18,631 nt of DNA from Promethearchaeota archaeon (GTDB lineage: Archaea; Asgardarchaeota; Lokiarchaeia; Sigyniarchaeales; SOKP01): contig RDOA01000061.1 in the NCBI GenBank assembly GCA_011364925.1, forward strand, positions 1-18,631, read 5' to 3'. The notes below the pieces were generated by a model. The model searched no databases. It was not told the DNA's origin and saw nothing but the letters and a program-made list of their open reading frames with translations. The position numbers and the translations under genes are program-made. Shown piece after piece: positions 8,829 through 15,523 of this stretch; positions within the stretch are counted from its first letter, which is position 1, and each line of letters starts with the position of its first letter.

Positions 8829-10019
8829 TTAGAGTTTGTGAGAATCTAAACTGAATAGGGAGCTGCATCCCTTTCCAATAGAGGGGGTTAAGCGCCCAAT
8901 GACTCTGAATATAGCTCCTACTCTCCCACATTCTGGACACTGCTCCCAATTTTCCACTTGAACAATATCATCTAATAGTACAGCAACCCCAGCATAACTA
9001 TCTACACCATAGGGGGTTATGAGTTCTAAAATACCCGGTTCTCCCGTCGCTTTAATAGGTTCCAGAGATTCAACATCACGAATAACTATACGACCTTTTT
9101 CGTGGTTAACATGAAGAACAAAATCGTTATATCGCTTTGACCAATGACCACCACACGCTAACGGACTCTCAGTTGCGGCAAAATTATCGCAAAATTTATC
9201 CGTTGTAATGTGGAACATATCACACATTTGTTCGATAAATTCTTCTTTGTTTACATTATATCCTAACTTGACACGACCCTTGGTACCATCCCATCCTCCC
9301 CCGCCTGTAATAATATAGAAATGTTCACTTAAATCAAAGGTTCTATTTTCTTTTTGATAATAATCGTTTAATACTTTGTGCATCCATAGAGGGGAGTTTG
9401 CCATAATCGTTGGAATGCCTTTCCTTTCAATACGATTTAATTCAGATTTTAATAATTTTCCATTAATTCCAATAACAGCCCGAGCTTTTCGTGTGGTAAT
9501 CATTTTCCTGATTGTTTTCGCCAAGAAGAACTGTAATAAAAAGTTTACATTCTTTCCATCCCATATGTCTACAATACTCTTGTATAAAAGATACGCGTCC
9601 TTGCCGTGGAAATTATGGCGAATCTTATTAATAATTGCCATACCCGGAGCAAATAAGATTAAATTATTTACATCGTCCTTTTTTGAAAAAGAATTGAAAA
9701 CAGTGTTATAATTTTCCTTTAACACTTCAATGTCGCTATCCAATCGTCCAACGATGCTTGGATCGCCACAGGTGGAGGAGGATTCCATCCAAAAACTTAA
9801 TTTTTCAAAGGAATCTCCTCGTATCAAATTTTTGAATAAATTGTTAGATTGTTTAAAAAAACTCCAAGGAACATATGGAATTTCACCAAGGGCTGGCTCT
9901 TTCACAGTTGCATCGAAGTCATACTCAATATTAACACACTGTTTTTTATAAATTTCGCAATCACTTGCCGTTTCCCGCACTACTCTCGATAAATCTTCCA
10001 AAACTTTGCTCGAACTCAT
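8829..10019 (-). CDS. LuxE-like acyl-protein synthetase (long-chain fatty acid--protein ligase family)
   Basis: Adenylation P-loop-like SSSTCGDPS, TGGGGWDG, GILELITPY..SYAGVAVLLDD, CPECGRVG..FRVIGR and C-terminal GKGCS with the acyl-accepting Cys typical of LuxE. Confidence 0.8.
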   Translation of the reverse strand: MSSSKVLEDLSRVVRETASDCEIYKKQCVNIEYDFDATVKEPALGEIPYVPWSFFKQSNNLFKNLIRGDSFEKLSFWMESSSTCGDPSIVGRLDSDIEVLKENYNTVFNSFSKKDDVNNLILFAPGMAIINKIRHNFHGKDAYLLYKSIVDIWDGKNVNFLLQFFLAKTIRKMITTRKARAVIGINGKLLKSELNRIERKGIPTIMANSPLWMHKVLNDYYQKENRTFDLSEHFYIITGGGGWDGTKGRVKLGYNVNKEEFIEQMCDMFHITTDKFCDNFAATESPLACGGHWSKRYNDFVLHVNHEKGRIVIRDVESLEPIKATGEPGILELITPYGVDSYAGVAVLLDDIVQVENWEQCPECGRVGAIFRVIGRLTPSIGKGCSSLFSLDSHKL

Positions 10020-10035
10020 TATAATGCATAGTATT

Positions 10036-10048
10036 TATTTAAATATAA
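10036..10048 (-). promoter_or_regulatory. TATA-like element for a probably leaderless luxE-like transcript
   Basis: Minus strand TTATATTTAAATA lies 17-29 nt upstream of the ATG at 10019, with no SD. Confidence 0.4.
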
Positions 10049-10136
10049 TGCTAATTCTTTTGAACTTTTAAAGTAGGGTTGTTAACAATTTTGGATACGA
10101 ATTTAGATGAATATCAAGATTTAAAAAATAAAAATA

Positions 10137-10559
10137 TTATTGTTCTTCAGAATAGTTTATTTGCCATCCGATTCCAAACGCGTCCTCGAACATCATGTAC
10201 CAAGAACCCCAGAACCTTTTTTCGAAAGGCATAATTATTGTAAACTTCTTTTTCTGAACTTTTTCGTTTATTTTCTCTATTTCTTCCTTCGAATCAACAG
10301 TTAATAATACCTGAACATTTCCGGATTCGGATTTTCCCATAGGATTATCGGATAGCATTACGGTGTTGCCCCCTATATCGAGTATAGCGTGCATTGTAGA
10401 ATTCTCATAATCAAAATCCTCCGGAAAACCGAAGGAATCACCTCCCATTTCCTTTGAAAACGGCATATGATCCACGACTTTTGCTCCAAATAAGTCTTTA
10501 TACAGTTGTATAGCTTCCTTACCATTTTTAACCATTAAATAAGGATTAATTTTAACCAA
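10137..10559 (-). CDS. VOC/glyoxalase family protein, PhnB-like
   Basis: INPYLMV.NGKEAI.LYKDLFGA, MHAIL.IGG..VMLSD and FWGSWYMMFEDAFGIGWQI. The start is moved from the GTG at 10568 to the TTG at 10559 because the GTG is part of an AGGTGA SD (10565-10570) 5 nt upstream of the TTG. Confidence 0.88.
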   Translation of the reverse strand: MVKINPYLMVKNGKEAIQLYKDLFGAKVVDHMPFSKEMGGDSFGFPEDFDYENSTMHAILDIGGNTVMLSDNPMGKSESGNVQVLLTVDSKEEIEKINEKVQKKKFTIIMPFEKRFWGSWYMMFEDAFGIGWQINYSEEQ

Positions 10560-10855
10560 TTTTATCACCTAAGTTTTACTAAGATTTTTTTAGTACTTAG
10601 CAATCGATTTAAGTTAATAATGAATTTTAAAGTTTATAATAACGAGAAAAGATCAATTGGAAAAACAACCAAAGTATAGAAGGGAGAAGAAGGTAGTAAT
10701 AATAAAAGCTGGAATACAAGGACTGGAAGTTTTTCCACTTGATCTAGAGGATACACGGCTCGCAAAGCTAATTAAATTAAGGTTGAGTTCATTGAAATAT
10801 GTAATGAATATACTCTATATAGAAGATATAGTTATAAGTAATGATATATAGAATC

Positions 10856-11686
10856 TTACTCTTTTAGAAATTCTAATATGTCTTTTTGAACTAACTTCCA
10901 TTTAGCTGCGAGTCTATGGTTATAACCTTTATAGAAAATTAATTGGGCATTGAGGATCCCCTCGGCAGTTTCGCGAACGAATTCAGCAGGATAATCGATA
11001 TCTAAATCTCCACTCAATACCAAGGTTGGAGCTTTAATCTCCTTTAACTTATCTTTAAAATTCATTTCTATATCTCCTCGAACTTCTGTTAGGAAATCAT
11101 TTACATATTCGTTTTTCCCTATAAATAGTCTGCCGAATATCCTAGTAAAGAATTTAGCGATAGCCAGTTTTATTTTAGAGGAAAAAATCATTTCTTCTAT
11201 TGTTGCTAGTGTTTTTGCATATTTTCCTTGTTTGAAATATTCAGCGGCTCTAGTTTCAATTTCTGCTCCTTTTTCGCTCATTCGATACGCAGCTGAAAGA
11301 ATTACCAGTTTTTGAACAACATTGGGATGATCAGCAGCTAAATAGAGAGCAATTTGGCCTCCAGTAGATGCTCCCATAATAATTACAGGGTTTTTAAATT
11401 TATTACGTATCATTTCAGCATAATCTTTTGCCATATCGGTAAATGTATAATCTTCTGGCACATTTTGTTTACGACCTATAAGGAATACAGTATAATTTTG
11501 TAGAAATGGTCTTGCAGATTTAATGAATCTTCTTAATGCAAAACCTAAGGGAGGTTCATGTTTGAAAGATAAAGCCTCGATATTAACTATAATATTTTGA
11601 TCATCACCAATCTTAGCGTACGGAAGACCATTTTCCGTGAATCCCTTTTCTACAGAATTTTTAAGCTTCATTTTTCTTCTTCTCAT
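10856..11686 (-). CDS. Alpha/beta hydrolase (esterase/lipase-like)
   Basis: Nucleophile elbow GASTGG, IKAPTLVLSGDLD (acid) and GYNH (His). An alternative ATG start is at 11671. Confidence 0.88.
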   Translation of the reverse strand: MRRRKMKLKNSVEKGFTENGLPYAKIGDDQNIIVNIEALSFKHEPPLGFALRRFIKSARPFLQNYTVFLIGRKQNVPEDYTFTDMAKDYAEMIRNKFKNPVIIMGASTGGQIALYLAADHPNVVQKLVILSAAYRMSEKGAEIETRAAEYFKQGKYAKTLATIEEMIFSSKIKLAIAKFFTRIFGRLFIGKNEYVNDFLTEVRGDIEMNFKDKLKEIKAPTLVLSGDLDIDYPAEFVRETAEGILNAQLIFYKGYNHRLAAKWKLVQKDILEFLKE

Positions 11687-11710
11687 TCAATCTGATTAAA
11701 ATCATGAATT

Positions 11711-11725
11711 GTAAGTTAATCTTAC
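11711..11725. promoter_or_regulatory. Palindrome GTAAG-N5-CTTAC, candidate transcription-factor site
   Basis: gtaag ttaat cttac lies between the divergent hydrolase and the GNAT fragment. The 13-mer agttaatcttact recurs exactly at 14027-14039 upstream of the intact GNAT. Confidence 0.45.
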
Positions 11726-11920
11726 TGTTAATCATTATAAGGAGGATATAAATATAATATGAATTTACTTAATCAACAAGAACTTTCCAACTCAGATAGA
11801 ATATGAAGATTCAAAAAGGATATTCTGAAGTATTCAACGAAAATATGGTTCTCAGAGTTGTTAACGACGAATTTGAGGATTTTCAACGATTTATTTTCTT
11901 TAACATAGTAATACATCAAG
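11714..11920 (+). repeat. Diverged direct repeat, copy 1 (GNAT promoter plus first 39 codons)
   Basis: Shares agttaatcttact, atataaatataatat and a colinear coding segment ending atacatcaag with 14027..14233. Confidence 0.85.
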
Positions 11921-11958
11921 GAATAATTTATATTATAGCGATCATGAATATATTCTAG
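11803..11958 (+). pseudogene. Truncated paralogue of the Eis-like GNAT gene (51-codon ORF, not in the ORF track)
   Basis: Translates MKIQKGYSEVFNENMVLRVVNDEFEDFQRFIFFNIVIHQ-GIIYIIAIMNIF*. By manual alignment, the first 39 aa are 26/39 identical and ungapped against MKILNGYSKVINDSMILRVANDEIGNFQRFISFNLVIHQ at 14116. Confidence 0.85.
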
Positions 11959-12049
11959 AAAACGAAAACCTTAAGTTCGAGATACTTGAGCCTTGATGAA
12001 ATGATTGAGTATCTTTGCTTTGTGTTTCTAAAAAAAGAAAAGAACGAAT

Positions 12050-13090
12050 ATGTGCCCTAATTATTGCCCCGAATGTGGAAATCCTCTAGACTCAGAGGAT
12101 ATAAAAATTTGTCCTAATTGTAAATTAGCAATAATCAAACCTGAACTCAGTTCTCAACCTGAACGCATTTCTCAACCTAAAGTAAATATAAAAGCAAAAA
12201 AAAGAGTTTGGAAAAATTCTAGCATGCTCATGTTACTTTTGAGTTCTGTAATTGGATTTATTGCATTTTTTACTCCCTCTGCAAGTTTTCATTTACTAAA
12301 TCTATATTCTTGGGATATGTGGATGTATGGTTATAACATTATTTTTGAATCGGGAGTTGGTACACATGTATTTTGGATTGGAAATTCTGAACTCTTAACA
12401 TTTTCGATTTTCTCCTCAATTTTTGTTTTATTAGGTAATACCATCGCTTTTTTCGGTGTTATAAGTTTACTTAGAAAAAAAGATTACGCGCACATATTAG
12501 CTGGTACAACAACAGTAATGTTAACTGGTTCTAGTCTTTTTTATCTCATTTCCTTTGAAGTTTATTTTTGGATATTTATGGGAGACACTTTTTGGGGTGT
12601 CCTACCTCCAAGTTTTGGTTTTTATGGCCAGTTAATCGCAGCTGCGATCTCCTTACCTGCGTTTTTTCTCTCAAGAAAAACTTCACAATATAGTGAACCA
12701 TTAGAAAAAGAAGAACATCAAGAAAAAGTATATAACATGCTTAAAAGAATAATCGAAAACAAGATACTACCTGAAACTATAAAGACCAGATTAAAAAAAG
12801 AAATGGAAGTGATATCTCTACGTCTTAAAGGAGTAGCTGATATAAAAGAAAAAATTGTGAGTTTAACACCTGAATATCAAGGAGGCATAGATTTCAATGA
12901 ATCATTAAACTATTTTCGCCAAGCATTAGAATTAAGCTCAGTTTCACAAGAAAATATTTCTAAAGTAGATATACAGTTAGTCGAGCAGATCATAATAGAT
13001 AAAGACAAAAACAAAGCTTTAAGGTACTTAAAAGAGATTTCCTCCCACACAACAGAATTAATAGGAGAGATTTTTAAGTATTTAAACTAA
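12050..13090 (+). CDS. Zinc-ribbon membrane protein (N-terminal CxxC...CxxC, 4 TM helices, C-terminal helical cytoplasmic domain)
   Basis: YCPECGNPL...ICPNCK, four hydrophobic segments at about aa 58-208, and a charged helical tail. Confidence 0.75.
   Translation: MCPNYCPECGNPLDSEDIKICPNCKLAIIKPELSSQPERISQPKVNIKAKKRVWKNSSMLMLLLSSVIGFIAFFTPSASFHLLNLYSWDMWMYGYNIIFESGVGTHVFWIGNSELLTFSIFSSIFVLLGNTIAFFGVISLLRKKDYAHILAGTTTVMLTGSSLFYLISFEVYFWIFMGDTFWGVLPPSFGFYGQLIAAAISLPAFFLSRKTSQYSEPLEKEEHQEKVYNMLKRIIENKILPETIKTRLKKEMEVISLRLKGVADIKEKIVSLTPEYQGGIDFNESLNYFRQALELSSVSQENISKVDIQLVEQIIIDKDKNKALRYLKEISSHTTELIGEIFKYLN
12140..12178 (+). repeat. In-frame 18-bp tandem duplication (PELSSQ/PERISQ) in the linker
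   Basis: cctgaactcagttctcaa / cctgaacgcatttctcaa / cct, 16/18 identical. Confidence 0.6.
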
Positions 13091-13133
13091 AGGTTAATTC
13101 TAATCAATCAAAAAAAAAAAGAATGAATTTTTA

Positions 13134-14009
13134 ATGAAATTTGATCAAAATACCATCTCAAAGTCCCAACAGAAATTAGCTCAAAAGTTTATCAATTCCG
13201 TCTTAGAGGGATCACAGTTGGTCCGTTCACCTAAATATATGATTATGGGACTTAATTCAGATGAAGAAATTGCGAAATTAGAGTTCGAGAAGTTCGAGAA
13301 GAATGAGAAGGAGATAAAAAAAATTGATAAAAAAATTAAATTCATCCAAAATTATATACGAGATTTTGTTAAAGTAATTTTTGATTTTGAAAACAATCCT
13401 AAAAAGCTAATTTGCATGAGTGACAAACTGGAAATGAAAAAATCTTTTCCAATTCCAAGATATTTATACTGTGGTGTTTTAGATTTTCCTGTGGCATGTC
13501 CCTTTCTATTTGGGCGAGTAGCTAAGTCCGTTAAGCACGGTGGTGGCGATTACTATTTTGCTCCATTTGGTAAAAAAGAGATAGACTTTGTTGATAGCCT
13601 TAAAAAAATGGAGGAAAAGGCTCCATATATGTTTCCTTATAATGTTATTGAATTCAATCCTTTTATAGAGGCATTTGGAAGTTTTAAATTCACTGAAGAA
13701 GTAAGAGATTGGTTACAGTTCCCACGAGTGATAGCTTCAGATGATAAATCATATTCTCTGATAAATACACTGAATCATGAAAAGGATTTGATAAAATCAT
13801 TGAAGAAAATAGCTCATTTTGGGACAACTGAATGGATTGGATATTCAGCGAGCCGCGTGAGGTTTATAAGTGATGTAGATGTTTCAACCATTTTCATCCC
13901 TTACAAGGATGTAACTTATTTTCATATCGATCATTTTGTTGAAAGTCCAAAAAAAGAATATGGAGCAATATATAATTTAATACAATACTTAGAGCAATTG
14001 AATGTTTAA
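13134..14009 (+). CDS. Hypothetical soluble protein
   Basis: 291-codon ORF with an ATG start and protein-like composition, co-oriented 43 nt after the Zn-ribbon gene. No motif recognised. Confidence 0.65.
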   Translation: MKFDQNTISKSQQKLAQKFINSVLEGSQLVRSPKYMIMGLNSDEEIAKLEFEKFEKNEKEIKKIDKKIKFIQNYIRDFVKVIFDFENNPKKLICMSDKLEMKKSFPIPRYLYCGVLDFPVACPFLFGRVAKSVKHGGGDYYFAPFGKKEIDFVDSLKKMEEKAPYMFPYNVIEFNPFIEAFGSFKFTEEVRDWLQFPRVIASDDKSYSLINTLNHEKDLIKSLKKIAHFGTTEWIGYSASRVRFISDVDVSTIFIPYKDVTYFHIDHFVESPKKEYGAIYNLIQYLEQLNV

Positions 14010-14026
14010 TTGCATTACGAATAATG

Positions 14027-14233
14027 AGTTAATCTTACTAATTATCTCTTTGAATAATATAAATATAATATTCTAAATTTGCTTATACATCGCAATATTA
14101 TTAATCGGTTTGTCGATGAAGATTCTAAATGGGTATTCTAAAGTCATCAACGATAGCATGATTCTCAGAGTCGCTAATGACGAAATTGGTAATTTTCAAA
14201 GATTTATTTCGTTTAATCTAGTTATACATCAAG
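14027..14233 (+). repeat. Diverged direct repeat, copy 2 (promoter and 5' end of the intact GNAT)
   Basis: See copy 1 at 11714..11920. The TATA-containing 15-mer atataaatataatat is at 14057-14071 versus 11746-11760, 59 and 57 nt before the respective ATGs. Confidence 0.85.
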
Positions 14234-15381
14234 TTGAATCTCTAAGAAGGTATGTAAATCGTTTGTACATGGAGCACCCAAGAAAAAGCAAAATATATTG
14301 GATATACATAGAAAAAATCGATACTAATGAATTAGTATCCATGATTACGCTGATGCCATTAGAATGGAATTTCAATGGAGTAAACATCCCTCTCTGTGAA
14401 ATGGGGCTTGTAGGAACTCTACCTGAGTATAGACATCGAGGACTAATTGGAATTATGAATGAAATCTATGAAATCCTTATGAGACAAGAAGGATACCTGC
14501 TATCCGTTATTCGAGGAATTCCTTATTATTATCGAAAATTTGGATATGAATTTGCTTTAAACCTTGATGAACACATAATTTTAAATAAAGATTTAATCCC
14601 ATCAAAAGAAATCAACAACATTTATTTTCAAAAGGCTACAAAACAAGATTTATCTTTCATTAAATCTATTTACAATAAAGAACAAGAGAATTTTTACATA
14701 TCGAACGGATTTAATCCTGACTGTTTTATATATAAATGTATGAATGACGACTTTGACAACAACTTCTTAAACACGTTCATTTTAAAAAGAAACAAAGAAT
14801 CTATTTCATACTTTTCACTTGGTATGTCTTTTGATTACGCTGCTTATTCCCTTATAGTTCCGGAACTCGATGACGACTATATAATTAAGATTCTGCAATT
14901 TGTTAGAGATTTGGACAAGGATAAAGATCAGATTGTCTTCAATGTAAACTCTGAAACTCAATTCGGGCAATTCCTCAGCTCAATAGGAGGAGAGAAAGAT
15001 TTAGGGTACGGTTGGCAAATCAAAATCTTGGATCTTAAGGAATTTTTGCTCGCTATTAAACCCATTTTAGAACAAAGAATAGAAAGTTCTTCCTTTAAAG
15101 GATTATCTCAAGATTTCGTAATTAGCGATTATCGATATAGTTATTTTTTACGATTTAAAAGTGGAAAAATAGAGGGTATTGAATCAAAACAAGGATATCC
15201 TTTACCCGAAAGTTGTGACGTTAAAATTCCCAGCTCAAATTTAATAAAATTACTGCTCTCAGACAAAACTTTCAATGAAATAAAGCATATCGTTAAGGAT
15301 TCAATGCTGAAACCCATGTCAGAAGAACTTCTTGAGATTTTATTTCCAAAAAAGCCATCAATTCCGGATACGTATTATTAG
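14116..15381 (+). CDS. Eis-like GNAT acetyltransferase (tandem GNAT plus probable SCP2-like C-terminal domain)
   Basis: Acetyl-CoA motif A VGTLPEYRHRGL, then GIPYYYRKFGYE and C-terminal LEILFPKKP. The ATG at 14116 is preferred over the TTG at 14110 because the paralogous fragment aligns from MKI. Confidence 0.85.
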   Translation: MKILNGYSKVINDSMILRVANDEIGNFQRFISFNLVIHQVESLRRYVNRLYMEHPRKSKIYWIYIEKIDTNELVSMITLMPLEWNFNGVNIPLCEMGLVGTLPEYRHRGLIGIMNEIYEILMRQEGYLLSVIRGIPYYYRKFGYEFALNLDEHIILNKDLIPSKEINNIYFQKATKQDLSFIKSIYNKEQENFYISNGFNPDCFIYKCMNDDFDNNFLNTFILKRNKESISYFSLGMSFDYAAYSLIVPELDDDYIIKILQFVRDLDKDKDQIVFNVNSETQFGQFLSSIGGEKDLGYGWQIKILDLKEFLLAIKPILEQRIESSSFKGLSQDFVISDYRYSYFLRFKSGKIEGIESKQGYPLPESCDVKIPSSNLIKLLLSDKTFNEIKHIVKDSMLKPMSEELLEILFPKKPSIPDTYY

Positions 15382-15487
15382 ATGGATCTCATCAACAAGG
15401 ACATCCAAAAAAAAGATGAGTAACGAAAAAGACTTAACGAAGAATAATCGAACTTCCAATAGAGTCGAAAAAGAATAATAGTTAAAG

Positions 15488-15495
15488 AAAAAAAA
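15488..15495 (-). terminator. Putative oligo-T terminator of the M28/hydrolase gene
   Basis: T8 on the minus strand about 29 nt after the stop at 15524, in a convergent intergenic region. Confidence 0.35.
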
Positions 15496-15523
15496 GGTTT
15501 TAATATAGTTTATTAAGATTTCT

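Noticed and set aside
9376-9951. Plus-strand ORFs 9376..9711 and 9730..9951
   Set aside because: Antisense to the LuxE-like CDS.
8829-10019. Bioluminescence (lux) operon
   Set aside because: No luxA/B/C/D/G in the window, and LuxE-like genes are widespread outside luminous organisms.
11741-11806. GGAGG followed by a 15-codon ORF (11759..11806) whose TGA overlaps the ATG of the GNAT fragment
   Set aside because: Not conserved in the second promoter copy, SD spacing is long (13 nt), and the region coincides with the TATA element; probably chance.
13281-13313. 9-bp periodic gagaagttc/gagaagaat repeats
   Set aside because: Short low-complexity coding of an E/K-rich helix, not a CRISPR or other functional array.
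11920-14026. Transposon, integron cassette array or provirus as the explanation for the repeat-bracketed block
   Set aside because: No transposase or integrase, terminal inverted repeats, attC-like palindromes or target-site duplication could be identified by eye.
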